A stretch of DNA of 64,000 nucleotides, taken from positions 11,377-75,376 of the forward strand of contig CAZKAD010000002.1 in assembly GCA_964550845.1 (NCBI GenBank). Reading direction: 5' to 3'. Below the pieces are notes generated by a model. That model was not told the DNA's origin. It saw only the letters and a list, made by a program, of their open reading frames with translations, and did not search any database. The stretch comes from an uncultured Gammaproteobacteria bacterium (GTDB taxonomy: Bacteria > Patescibacteriota > Patescibacteriia > Magasanikbacterales > UBA922). Numbering within the stretch: position 1 is the stretch's first letter; each line of letters opens with the position of its first letter. The position numbers and the translations under genes were made by a program. Below are positions 1 through 8,689 of the stretch, piece after piece.

Positions 1-128
1 TTTCCGCTTTGTCTTAAAGTAAAATCGGGTGATATTTCTCGAGGATATTCGGTGTTAATCAAAAATGCAATCGTAATTGTTTAACATTAAATAATGGTTG
101 TTTTCTCTTCGGAGAAAACAAATCAAAA

Positions 129-1424
129 ATGTCTCAAGGACGAGTTAAAACAATTGATTCTTTTCCAAACATGAGTCGGTTGCATGTTATTTCTGCGAAA
201 TCAAAGTCAAAAAATTTCAATCTTCCCTCTCTTGATGAAGTTGAATCGGTAATCAAATCTCGAGACGCAGTTGGACTTATTCGTCGAAATGATATTTCCC
301 AAAGTGCTAGTGAATTAATAAGTCCTTCAGGACGTTTAATGCCTCGAGATGATGTCTCATCAAGAAGTGCCACTGATTTAATAAGTCCTTCTGAACGTCC
401 AATAACTCGAAGAGAGCCTGCTTTCGATGATGAATACGAAGCTCCAGATCTCGATTCAAGTCAAATGAAATCAATGTTTGAACAATTGGCCGAGGAAAGT
501 CGAAAAGAAAATGAACGAAATTCACCAAAGAAAAAGAATAAAAAAGACAAGAAACTTTACGATGCTCGAAATCATGTTGATCAAAGAAAACTTCAAAACG
601 ATCAAGCCCCCGAAATTGGTGATAGAGGAAATCGGCGGAGAATCTCAGTACAAGAGCTCGATCTTGACATTATTTATCCGAACTATGACAATTACCTTGA
701 TCCAAAAACCTCTGGATACAAAGTAGTGATGATTGGAAAAACTGGTACAGGAAAGACCACAGCTCTCCGAAGTATTATGTACGAGAAGTCTGAAATAATT
801 CCCTGTGCACAAGTCTACTCTGGATCTGAAGAATTCAATCATCAATATGCAGAGTTCATTCCAGATGTATTTATTCTCGACAATGACAGTGATGGTAAAT
901 GGGACAAAGAAGCTTATCGAAAGATGATTAAGAGACAAAAAATTGCAGTCAATTATTTGCAAAATCCATGGAGTATTATTATTTGGGATGATATTATTTC
1001 AAAGAAAAAGCATTTTGATGATCCAATGGTTAAAAATACATACAAAATTGGACGTCACTGGAAGATTCTACATTTTCTTCTCTTGCAATATGGCATGGAC
1101 ATTGAAAAAGATATTCGAGCTAATATTGATGGGGCATTTTTGTTTCGAGAAACCAAATTAGATATTTGTGAAACTTTATTCAAAACTTTCTCCGGAGGAA
1201 TCGAAACTTTTCGAGATTTTCGAAAGATTCTTGATTTTTATACTAAAGATTTCAAAGCTTTGTACATTCATAATCGAGGTGCAAGTTCCGATTTCAAGGA
1301 TTGTGTCTTCTATTATGAAGCGAGAAAAGATATTCCTAAAGACTTCAAATTTGGTGCTCAAGAAACATGGATGTACAATGATGAGATCTATGAGCCAAAT
1401 TCTGCAGTGGAAATGTTCTTTTAA
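129..1424 (+). CDS. A32-like P-loop DNA-packaging ATPase (FtsK/HerA superfamily) with unusual low-complexity N-terminal extension
   Basis: Walker A VVMIGKTGTGKTT and Walker B-like IIIWDDI lie in the C-terminal two thirds. The N-terminal ~110 aa are low complexity and hold two in-frame copies of a peptide (LISPSGRLMPR / LISPSERPITR) encoded by the GTTTAA-hairpin repeat DNA. The true start may be the internal ATG near 468 (MKSMFEQ). Confidence 0.6.
   Translation: MSQGRVKTIDSFPNMSRLHVISAKSKSKNFNLPSLDEVESVIKSRDAVGLIRRNDISQSASELISPSGRLMPRDDVSSRSATDLISPSERPITRREPAFDDEYEAPDLDSSQMKSMFEQLAEESRKENERNSPKKKNKKDKKLYDARNHVDQRKLQNDQAPEIGDRGNRRRISVQELDLDIIYPNYDNYLDPKTSGYKVVMIGKTGTGKTTALRSIMYEKSEIIPCAQVYSGSEEFNHQYAEFIPDVFILDNDSDGKWDKEAYRKMIKRQKIAVNYLQNPWSIIIWDDIISKKKHFDDPMVKNTYKIGRHWKILHFLLLQYGMDIEKDIRANIDGAFLFRETKLDICETLFKTFSGGIETFRDFRKILDFYTKDFKALYIHNRGASSDFKDCVFYYEARKDIPKDFKFGAQETWMYNDEIYEPNSAVEMFF
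298..420 (+). repeat. Two ~63-nt in-frame copies of a segment containing the GTTTAA-hairpin element (AGTCCTTCAGGACGTTTAATG / AGTCCTTCTGAACGTCCAATAAC) inside the A32 ORF
   Basis: Direct reading. Each copy is translated as S-x-S-A-x-[DE]-LISPS-[GE]-R-x-x-x-R. Confidence 0.6.
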
Positions 1425-1446
1425 TCATTGTCAAGACTTTTTGAAG

Positions 1447-1527
1447 TGTTTAACCAATTCAGGGAGTCCTTTTGAGGACGTTTAAGTTCGATTAAGCAAT
1501 TTAATTAGTCCCAAAGGACGTTTAATG
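1447..1527 (+). repeat. GTTTAACC-hairpin repeat units x2-3 (GTCCT-TTTGA-GGAC-GTTTAAG; GTCCC-AAA-GGAC-GTTTAATG)
   Basis: Direct reading; intergenic after the A32 stop. Confidence 0.7.
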
Positions 1528-1537
1528 TCACCGAAAA

Positions 1538-1858
1538 ATGAACGTAAAGGATAAATATCAAACACTGGTTGCATGTGGATTGTCTGATTACCAAAGTTAT
1601 CTTTTTCCTTTCCTTTGTCGAGATCTTTATGATCCTCGTTTGCTTATTTTAATTGGTCAATATTCCGAATACCGAGATATTTTTATTGTAAACATGGTTT
1701 CAGGATTGCGTTCTTATTGGATAAATACACGTTCGGTATTTCCCTTTTTGCCAACTGCTGTATTTCCAATTGGAGAAACGCAACTCGAGTATACAGGAAG
1801 TTCGGAAGGTGAAAACGTTTTGTCTGACGATCTTCCCTATTATCTTCAAATGGATTAA
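1538..1858 (+). CDS. Short member or fragment of the DLYDPRLL-motif family (C-terminal domain only; possibly a gene remnant)
   Basis: GLSDYQSYLFPFLCRDLYDPRLLILIGQY aligns with the C-terminal regions of ORFs 37220-38032, 38064-38906 and 49863-50540. It lacks the N-terminal ~170 aa of those paralogs. Confidence 0.35.
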   Translation: MNVKDKYQTLVACGLSDYQSYLFPFLCRDLYDPRLLILIGQYSEYRDIFIVNMVSGLRSYWINTRSVFPFLPTAVFPIGETQLEYTGSSEGENVLSDDLPYYLQMD

Positions 1859-1884
1859 TTATTGGATCAAAATCCAATAATAAA
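1857..1884. terminator. 9-bp-stem hairpin between convergent genes (TTATTGGAT-CAAA-ATCCAATAA)
   Basis: Direct reading. Position fits a 3'-end formation role. Confidence 0.45.
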
Positions 1885-1887
1885 AAA

Positions 1888-2097
1888 TTATTCCTTCATT
1901 CCTCTCATTCGATTAAATTCTCCATCTCGAACGATTGTATAACTTACTGTTCCGGTCAGTTCGGCATATCGAAGAGCATCAAGTGGAATCAAACGATTAT
2001 CAATTGAGTAATCAAAAAGTAGAGGTTTATTCACTTCAGAAAGTGCTTCAGGATGTTTATCCTGTTCAGACATATCTTGAGGTTCGCTGGTGGCCAT
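1888..2097 (-). CDS. Small acidic hypothetical protein (69 aa)
   Basis: ATG start 3 nt downstream of the kinase stop on the same strand. A 9-bp-stem hairpin (TTATTGGAT-CAAA-ATCCAATAA) follows its stop. Confidence 0.3.
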   Translation of the reverse strand: MATSEPQDMSEQDKHPEALSEVNKPLLFDYSIDNRLIPLDALRYAELTGTVSYTIVRDGEFNRMRGMKE

Positions 2098-2099
2098 TT

Positions 2100-3005
2100 C
2101 TAATGGTGAAAAACTTTTAATTCAATTTTATCCAACATTTGATAAATTTCTTTCCAAGAAGGTCTTTGAAGAGGGTCTTTTTGCAAACATCTATCGATCA
2201 GAGTTTTATATTCGTCCAAACAATCAGGCATCTCGTATTCTCCAGAAAGAATATTTGAAATGGTTAGACCTTCATCGAGATCGGCGAAAGGAGAATTCGG
2301 AGAAAGAAGTTCATAAACCAAAACTCCATAGCTCCAAATATCATGAGCATATGAATTACTACAGCCGAGTATCATTTCTGGAGGAATATAATCAACCGTT
2401 CCGGCAAAATCATTTGCTTGAGGAAGTCCTCTTCGTTCGGCATCAACAAACATCACCGATCCAAAGTCACATAGAATAACTTCATCCTGTGATTTAGTTC
2501 TAAATTTATTTGCTCGAGGACTTGAGACAATTTCACTATTTGACAAGAGAAGATTCTCAAGTTTTAAGTCTCGATAAATGATTCCTTCTGAATGGAGGAA
2601 GTCGAGAATCTTTGCGATTTGACGAAGATATCCAGGAATTTTTTTCTCTGGAAATCCATGTAGTTTGAGAGTAAAGAAATCAGTCGGATGATATTCGAGG
2701 ATAATACATTGATCAAATACTTTATCTCGTTTCTCGATTAAATCAATAAATTTACAAATTCCTTTACTTTGCCGATTTCCAATATATCGATAGAACGCGG
2801 CTTCATTAGTGAGTTTCCATTCTTCTTCACTTCCAACCAGAGTTCGTTGATGTTTGAGTGCATACTTTTTTGAACTTTTCTTTTGTTCGTCAACCTCGAA
2901 TGCGAGGTAAACCTTCGCATTTCCTCCTTTTTGGATGCAAGTTGAAACGACATATTTACCGATTTGTATTCCGGTCAGATTCATCTTCACTGCTACCATT
3001 GTCAT
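2100..3005 (-). CDS. Serine/threonine protein kinase
   Basis: Gly-rich loop IQKGGNAKVY, catalytic Lys in YALK, catalytic loop YRDLKLENLLL, DFG (CDFGS), APE-like PPE. ATG start confirmed at 3003-3005. Confidence 0.8.
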   Translation of the reverse strand: MTMVAVKMNLTGIQIGKYVVSTCIQKGGNAKVYLAFEVDEQKKSSKKYALKHQRTLVGSEEEWKLTNEAAFYRYIGNRQSKGICKFIDLIEKRDKVFDQCIILEYHPTDFFTLKLHGFPEKKIPGYLRQIAKILDFLHSEGIIYRDLKLENLLLSNSEIVSSPRANKFRTKSQDEVILCDFGSVMFVDAERRGLPQANDFAGTVDYIPPEMILGCSNSYAHDIWSYGVLVYELLSPNSPFADLDEGLTISNILSGEYEMPDCLDEYKTLIDRCLQKDPLQRPSWKEIYQMLDKIELKVFHH

Positions 3006-3282
3006 CTTTTCTTTCGGGAGAAAAGTCTTTTTTACGAACTTGACAAGTTTGAACTTGTGTTTTCTTCGAATATCGATCCCAAATTTCAGGCGGACAATCC
3101 TTTTTCGAGAGAGAAGATCTTACGGAATCAGTCAATTTGACTGAATATTCTCCAGCAGAAAGAAATTGTGTATTTTGCTCTTTCATCAGTCGGATCATCG
3201 TCTGACGAATTTTCGTCTCTTTCGCTTGAAGGGCGGCAATTTTTTGTTTCAATTGATACCAATCGCGAAGGAGATCGCTCAT
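2956..3282 (-). CDS. Hypothetical protein (charged, coiled-coil-like)
   Basis: ATG at 3280-3282 fused to the repeat core (GGTTAAAATG). The 3' end overlaps the kinase 5' end by ~30-50 nt in another frame. Confidence 0.45.
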   Translation of the reverse strand: MSDLLRDWYQLKQKIAALQAKETKIRQTMIRLMKEQNTQFLSAGEYSVKLTDSVRSSLSKKDCPPEIWDRYSKKTQVQTCQVRKKDFSPERKDDNGSSEDESDRNTNR

Positions 3283-3308
3283 TTTAACCAGTCCAAGAGA
3301 CGTTTAAT
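3283..3308 (+). repeat. Single degenerate GTTTAACC-hairpin unit fused to the ATG of gene 2956-3282
   Basis: TTAACCAGTCCAAGAGACGTTTAAT. Confidence 0.5.
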
Positions 3309-3321
3309 TCCAATCGAATTT

Positions 3322-3711
3322 TTAATCGAGATATTTCTTTCCGATAAAAATCAATAGAATCACCAGCAACAAGATAATGATAATGTAAACACTATTGTCA
3401 CATTTGTACAACCTTGAACATACAGGACAAGATTGGATATGCTGAGCAATCTCAATACAACTAATCACTCCAAAAGACTGAGGAAAATTTTCCTGTTTTT
3501 GAGGCGGAGGTTGAGCCACTGGGAATGAATTCTGATAATAGTTGTAATAAGGAGGAAACATCTCTTGTTTCGGTTCATAAGAAGGTTGGGGTTGAGGCAT
3601 TGGCAATGGACCTGAAAGCATCTCTTTGGTCGGATAATCACCTCCAACCTGAGCTACCTTATCTGGATTGGCTTCAAGGTCAAAATTTTGCATGAATGTG
3701 ATTCCAGACAT
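3322..3711 (-). CDS. Pro/Gln-rich tail-anchored membrane protein with Cys cluster
   Basis: C-terminal hydrophobic segment YIIIILLLVILLIFIG, CPVCSRLYKC motif. Palindrome TTTCTTTCCTCGAAAAGGAAAGAAA lies 9 nt upstream of the ATG. Confidence 0.5.
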   Translation of the reverse strand: MSGITFMQNFDLEANPDKVAQVGGDYPTKEMLSGPLPMPQPQPSYEPKQEMFPPYYNYYQNSFPVAQPPPQKQENFPQSFGVISCIEIAQHIQSCPVCSRLYKCDNSVYIIIILLLVILLIFIGKKYLD

Positions 3712-3787
3712 ATTTCGAATCTTTTCTTTCCTTTTCGAGGAAAGAAAAAAATTAATCTTCAGTCAATGATTTCAATAATTTCAATAG

Positions 3788-4423
3788 TTAATCTTCAATT
3801 TCTTCGCCTTCCTCAATTCGATCAATTGCAGAAGTTAAGACAACTGAATCTAAAACGGGGCCGATTGGACATCTACTTGGAAAAACGAATGATAATTTTT
3901 GTTTCAGTTTAAGCAATTCCTGATCAAGCTGGGCTCCAGGTTGGTCAGCTTCGAATGGAACGATTGGATAGACGTTACAAAGTTGATTCTTGTACACTTC
4001 ATCATTATCATCAAGAAGAATGGTGTTTTGTGGATTAAAATTTGGAAATGTATCCCAGATATAGCGTAGATCTTTCAAGTTATCATCTCCATAAATTTGT
4101 TCGGCATGATTGCAGTGATGATCAAAGAGGTAAAAAGCAAGTTTTCTTGGTTTTCCCTGGAGAATAATCTTTTCAACAATGAAACTTCCATAATCTTTGG
4201 TTGCCGCAGTCCAAACACCAACATTAAAGTTTTCGAACAGGTAATCGAGAAAGTCTTGTAAATAAGGCCGTTCGTAAACGTAAAAAATAGGAACTTCTTT
4301 ACCCTTTACATTCTCGGTCATAATATGAAACGAAAGACCTTTAATAATTTTCCCTGGATCGAGAGATGAAATGATTGTCGCATCCAGATCCAGAATCACA
4401 TTCATTCTTTTTGACGAGGTCAT
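3788..4423 (-). CDS. FCP1/NIF (NLI-interacting factor)-like CTD phosphatase, HAD superfamily
   Basis: N-terminal DxDxT motif LDLDATII, length 211 aa typical of viral NIF phosphatases. The palindrome abuts the ATG. Confidence 0.75.
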   Translation of the reverse strand: MTSSKRMNVILDLDATIISSLDPGKIIKGLSFHIMTENVKGKEVPIFYVYERPYLQDFLDYLFENFNVGVWTAATKDYGSFIVEKIILQGKPRKLAFYLFDHHCNHAEQIYGDDNLKDLRYIWDTFPNFNPQNTILLDDNDEVYKNQLCNVYPIVPFEADQPGAQLDQELLKLKQKLSFVFPSRCPIGPVLDSVVLTSAIDRIEEGEEIED

Positions 4424-4450
4424 TTCTTTCCTTTCGAAAAAGGAGAGAAT
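4424..4450 (-). promoter_or_regulatory. PolyY-CGAA-polyR palindrome abutting the ATG of the CTD phosphatase gene
   Basis: Minus strand reads TTCTCTCCTTTTTCGAAAGGAAAGAA ATG. Confidence 0.5.
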
Positions 4451-4463
4451 TTTTTTATTTCAA

Positions 4464-4910
4464 TTAATCAACTTCGAGAAATATCCCGATTGTGGCAAAC
4501 GCTCCAGCACGAAGAGGTGTTCCAACCGTTAAAGAGACAATCGCAACAACAGCCATATACTTACCTTCAGCAACACACGAATTGTTTTCATTGGTTGCAA
4601 GGATCACGATTCCAATTATAGCCAATACAATCAACCACAAAATGTCGAGAACAAACACAATAATTGTCACGAGACGGAATAAATCTCCACCTTTTTGCCA
4701 CCATTTGATTGCAATCACCGTAATGAGTGCAAACCAAAGAACCAGATCATGAAGTCCTTGAATAAAATTCCATTCATGAAGATAGAAACTTGCTCGTGTT
4801 TCTTGTTGGCATTCGGAATCTCGATCTTTTTCTCCTGATACAATCAAAAGAATTGCAATCGGTAACAAAAAGAATGAGACGGGAGTAATGACAGCAAGAT
4901 ATTTGCACAT
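4464..4910 (-). CDS. Multi-pass membrane protein (start moved to internal ATG)
   Basis: Several hydrophobic helices. The upstream part of the track ORF overlaps gene 5023-5625. The ATG at 4908-4910 has AAAATTGA (minus strand, 4972-4979) at -62 and a CATCT-CGAA-AGATG hairpin. Confidence 0.5.
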   Translation of the reverse strand: MCKYLAVITPVSFFLLPIAILLIVSGEKDRDSECQQETRASFYLHEWNFIQGLHDLVLWFALITVIAIKWWQKGGDLFRLVTIIVFVLDILWLIVLAIIGIVILATNENNSCVAEGKYMAVVAIVSLTVGTPLRAGAFATIGIFLEVD

Positions 4911-5022
4911 TGATCGAGATTCAATATTAAAAGTAAATTTAATTACTTTCCTTGAAGATTGAGAAAAAAGATCAATTTTCACATCTCGAAAGATGGGAAA
5001 TGTTTTAACAATGTAACGAGAA

Positions 5023-5625
5023 TCACTCCAACAATGAAAACAATTGTTTTTCAAATTGTTGGAATGACTTGAGTTCATCTTCATAACCATAGCCAGATTG
5101 GTCCCAATCGGCAAAAACTACACCGAAATCCTTCCACTGTCCATTTTGCTTCAAAAATTGCAACAACTTTTCTCCGCTCGAATTTTTCACATCAAATGCA
5201 AGACGATATCGCGAATACATTCCGTGATCCACAAAGTATTTTTGAATCTTCGCAGATGTACAATCGAATTGCTTGAATTCTTCAGACAATTTTTGAGGGA
5301 GGGGAAGATGAGTTACATCTTCATATGTGGTACCAAGAAAAACTTGCCATTCGAACTCTTCCTTCGATACACATGATGGTTCAACATCTTCATCACCAGA
5401 CCAAAGTATTCCTTTTTCCGCTGCAAGACGAAGAACATCAAGAACACGAAGCCAGTCTGCTTTTGGAACTGCATGAGTAAAGGAACAAATCGAATAACCT
5501 TGTTCAATGTTGACATTTTTTTGACCAATTTTTCGAGAAACTTCGTAAGTTCCTCGTGCATCACCTTGACTACTATCAATTTGAAAAAGAGGTCGAACAA
5601 TCAGACAATCTTGAGGATATGACAT
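5023..5625 (-). CDS. Paralog family A protein (unknown function)
   Basis: Start set at MSYPQDCLIV, which aligns with the MNFPRDCLII start of the neighbouring paralog. Shares the LSEEFKQF and FQQFEKQLFSLL motifs with 5713-6279, 27760-28338, 28455-29051 and 29242-29805. AAAATTGA at -57. Confidence 0.6.
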   Translation of the reverse strand: MSYPQDCLIVRPLFQIDSSQGDARGTYEVSRKIGQKNVNIEQGYSICSFTHAVPKADWLRVLDVLRLAAEKGILWSGDEDVEPSCVSKEEFEWQVFLGTTYEDVTHLPLPQKLSEEFKQFDCTSAKIQKYFVDHGMYSRYRLAFDVKNSSGEKLLQFLKQNGQWKDFGVVFADWDQSGYGYEDELKSFQQFEKQLFSLLE

Positions 5626-5712
5626 TGGAGTTTTGAAGTTCGAAAATGTTTTGTTTTTCTGTATGATATTGACAATAATAATCAATTTTCTTATCTCGAA
5701 AGATGAGAAAGA

Positions 5713-6279
5713 TTACAAGAGTTTCAAGACGTCAAAAAGTTGAGTCTCGAATTGTTGGAATAATTCAAGTTTTTGCTGATAATCCGGTTCAATTATATCA
5801 GCTATAACTCGATTATTTTGTTTGAGAGTTTCAAGTAATTTGAGACGTGTTGAATCTAAAGAGTTCAAATCAATTACAATTTGAAAATTACTCAATCGAT
5901 CTCCTGCAAGTAAACATTGTTCAATTTTATTTTCATCAAGAGTAAACTTTTCAAACTCTTCCGATAGTTGTTTCAGTTCAGGCACATCAAAAAAAGTTCC
6001 GTAGGAAGAAAGAAAAATTGCCCATGAAAACTTACTCCTTGATATTTGTTCCCGACGGGGAAAAATTTGCCAAACAAGACCTTTATTCAAAGCTTGAATA
6101 AAGAATTTAACCAAATTGAGATCTTCAAAAGAGGAATGAATATGTTCGTAATAAACTTCACCTCTCTCGGAAAGAGCAACATTTTTACCTTCTGTTTGCC
6201 GAGATATCTTATATGTCCCAACAGTTTCTCGGACACAAATTTCAATCCGAATAATTAGACAGTCTCGAGGAAAATTCAT
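5713..6279 (-). CDS. Paralog family A protein (unknown function)
   Basis: Start set at MNFPRD (ATG at 6277-6279). The track ORF N-terminus (NPSRI x4) is a translation of a 15-bp tandem DNA repeat in the promoter region. Confidence 0.6.
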   Translation of the reverse strand: MNFPRDCLIIRIEICVRETVGTYKISRQTEGKNVALSERGEVYYEHIHSSFEDLNLVKFFIQALNKGLVWQIFPRREQISRSKFSWAIFLSSYGTFFDVPELKQLSEEFEKFTLDENKIEQCLLAGDRLSNFQIVIDLNSLDSTRLKLLETLKQNNRVIADIIEPDYQQKLELFQQFETQLFDVLKLL

Positions 6280-6345
6280 TCTTGATGGATTGATTCTTGA
6301 TGGATTGATTCTTGATGGATTGATTCTTGATGGATTGAGAATGAT
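6280..6345. repeat. 15-bp tandem repeat (cttgatggattgatt) x4 immediately 5' of the ATG of gene 5713-6279
   Basis: Direct reading. Confidence 0.85.
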
Positions 6346-6385
6346 TTGAAAGTTATTATTTCTAAAACATAACAATTAAGAAGTC

Positions 6386-6427
6386 AATTTTTACATTGAA
6401 TATTGAATATTGAATATTGAATATTGA
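6386..6427. repeat. 8-bp tandem repeat (attgaata) x5 in the divergent promoter region
   Basis: attgaatattgaatattgaatattgaatattgaat. Confidence 0.85.
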
Positions 6428-6481
6428 ATTTTATCATACAAGAAAATTGATCTCCCTTCATTTGGAAATAAAAGAAAAGGA

Positions 6482-7879
6482 ATGTCAACTGAAGGGGAAA
6501 AAGAGAATGTCGAAGAAATTAAAATTCCCGAAGACGAATCAAAGATTGACGATGAAAAGATCGAAGAAGAGAAGGTTAATGATGAAAATTCGGAGAAACA
6601 TTATTCCGATTTGAAATCGGCTATCTTGAAAGGACATAATGTTTTTCTCACTGGTCCCGGAGGAACAGGTAAAAGTTACCTCATTCGGCGTCTGGTCAAA
6701 GAACTTGCCACTAATGCATACTATCAAAATATTGCTCTGACCGCAACTACTGGAGTGGCAGCTGAAAATATTCAAGGATGTACTCTTCATTCATGGGCTG
6801 GGATCGGAATTGGTAATCGATCTTATGATTATTACACAACTCGACTTCAAAAAGATGAAAACAAACGAGAATCGTGGACAAAGTGCAATCTTCTCATTAT
6901 TGACGAAGTTTCGATGATGGGAAAGAAATTGTTCCATTTACTCGACCACATCGGAAAGGTACTTCGAAGATCAATTCGTCCATTTGGAGGAATTCAACTA
7001 ATTTTTTGTGGGGATATGTGTCAACTTCCTCCAGTTGAAGATGAATATTGTTTTACTTCAGGATTGTTTGATAAATGTCAATTTTATTTTATCAAACTCA
7101 CTCATCCATGGAGATTTGTATCAGACTTGGAATATTTTCAGCTTTTGTTGAGAGTTCGACTTGGTGAGCAAACTCCACAAGATATTGCTCGTCTTGAAAC
7201 GAGAAAATGCTCGATGTTTCGAGACTTGGGAAATGAAGAAGGTGCTCTTCGTCCAACTCGCCTCTTTTCACGAAAAATGGATGTTCAAGAAATGAACATT
7301 GAAGAATTGAATAAATTGCCTGATCAAGAATATCATTATCAATCACATGATTCACTGATTCAGAAAAATCAAAAAGTCAAAATTAATCCTGAATATTACG
7401 AACAATTAATGGACAATCAACATCATCGTTTGACTCGATTGAAAAAAGGTGCACAAGTCATGTTAACTCGAAATATTTCGATTGAGCGAGGTTTAATTAA
7501 TGGATCACGAGGAGTGGTACTCGAATGTCATGATTCAACTGTGATGGTCAAGTTTCGAAAATGCGAATATTTAGTCACACCTTCTACCGTTGAGTATGAA
7601 GATGAAAATTGTAAATATCGACGTGTACTGATGCCTCTTATTCTTGCCTGGAGCATGACCATTCACAAATCTCAATCGGCAACTCTTGATTATGTGATTG
7701 CCGATCTTGGAACAAGTTTATTCTCGAAAAATATGGGTTACGTGGTCTTATCAAGATGTCGTTCTCTTGATTCGATTTTTCTGAATAATTTATTGCCCGA
7801 ACGAATTGAATGTGATCCATTGGCAAAAGAATTTGAGAAAAAGATTGATCGACAACTCGAGAAACAAAAGACGAGTTAA
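6482..7879 (+). CDS. PIF1-like 5'-3' DNA helicase (SF1B)
   Basis: Walker A LTGPGGTGKSYL, Walker B IIDEVSMM, and PIF1-like C-terminal motifs. AAAATTGA at 6443-6450 (-39). Confidence 0.85.
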   Translation: MSTEGEKENVEEIKIPEDESKIDDEKIEEEKVNDENSEKHYSDLKSAILKGHNVFLTGPGGTGKSYLIRRLVKELATNAYYQNIALTATTGVAAENIQGCTLHSWAGIGIGNRSYDYYTTRLQKDENKRESWTKCNLLIIDEVSMMGKKLFHLLDHIGKVLRRSIRPFGGIQLIFCGDMCQLPPVEDEYCFTSGLFDKCQFYFIKLTHPWRFVSDLEYFQLLLRVRLGEQTPQDIARLETRKCSMFRDLGNEEGALRPTRLFSRKMDVQEMNIEELNKLPDQEYHYQSHDSLIQKNQKVKINPEYYEQLMDNQHHRLTRLKKGAQVMLTRNISIERGLINGSRGVVLECHDSTVMVKFRKCEYLVTPSTVEYEDENCKYRRVLMPLILAWSMTIHKSQSATLDYVIADLGTSLFSKNMGYVVLSRCRSLDSIFLNNLLPERIECDPLAKEFEKKIDRQLEKQKTS

Positions 7880-7922
7880 ACTTGCACAGGATTAGTTAAA
7901 CATCTCTCTTCTTGGATAAAGA

Positions 7923-8285
7923 ATGGAGACTTTTCAAACTTGTTTTAATCAATGTTCACTTTCGGCTGACAGTTTGACTGAATTACTTTCAATTGATTCA
8001 AATCAATTCGAAGTTTTGAAAGTCCACGAATGGACTGTCAATTTGTCAAAAACATCAGTTAAACTAAAATGTCAGTCAATTGAATTGTATTGGAACTATT
8101 CAATCGAAGAAGTTGAAATTTTTATTTTCTTTGAACTACTTGCTTTACAGGCACAAATTAAAAGATATTCGAGTCAGTTTCTTCTCTCTTCATCAAGCAA
8201 TTTTTCGGGAGATGCGTCTCTCTCCTCTTCCGGAAGTTCATTTTGCCTCGTCACGTCTTCAACAGAAGAATCACTGTCTCTGTAA
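7923..8285 (+). CDS. Doubtful hypothetical ORF
   Basis: Its 3' end overlaps minus-strand ORF 8174-8689 by ~110 nt. No recognisable motifs. Confidence 0.2.
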   Translation: METFQTCFNQCSLSADSLTELLSIDSNQFEVLKVHEWTVNLSKTSVKLKCQSIELYWNYSIEEVEIFIFFELLALQAQIKRYSSQFLLSSSSNFSGDASLSSSGSSFCLVTSSTEESLSL

Positions 8286-8689
8286 TCAGGATCTTGATCA
8301 TAATCATTTCTTGGATCTTCATCGTCATGACAAAAATCGTCATCTTTGTGTTCAAGCCCATATTGACGAGCTTGATTGAAAGTTTTCTGATCAATCTTCA
8401 ATTCAAGTGAAAAATTAGTCAAAGAAAGTTCCCTGTTGTTCGGTTCGCGAATGAAACATTCAGGACAAAGATCAAAATCGCATTCAACACAGGAAAACAT
8501 TCCGTAAATCTTTTCGGTTCTGTTGATGGAGCGAATTAATAGGTAATCACGTTGACAGCAGTCGCAAATTCGGTACCAAATACTTGACGAATGAGTCGAA
8601 GGGCATTGAATTCGATCAACGTTGAAGAAGAATTTATGTGGATGATTTGGGTAATTGTACAAAGTGGGGGAAATTGTATGAGTTTCCAT
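8174..8689 (-). CDS. Cys-rich (zinc-finger-like) protein with acidic tail
   Basis: CDCC...CVEC...CPEC cluster, acidic C-terminus. ATG fused to the repeat array (GGTTAAATGG). Confidence 0.45.
   Translation of the reverse strand: METHTISPTLYNYPNHPHKFFFNVDRIQCPSTHSSSIWYRICDCCQRDYLLIRSINRTEKIYGMFSCVECDFDLCPECFIREPNNRELSLTNFSLELKIDQKTFNQARQYGLEHKDDDFCHDDEDPRNDYDQDPDYRDSDSSVEDVTRQNELPEEERDASPEKLLDEERRN

Noticed and set aside
134-1361. Short antisense and overlapping ORFs inside the A32 gene (134-373, 307-528, 645-962, 1176-1361 and similar), and equivalents inside RPB2, D5 and the SNF2 helicase
   Set aside because: They are fully nested in conserved genes on the opposite strand or in alternate frames, and are AT-rich chance ORFs.
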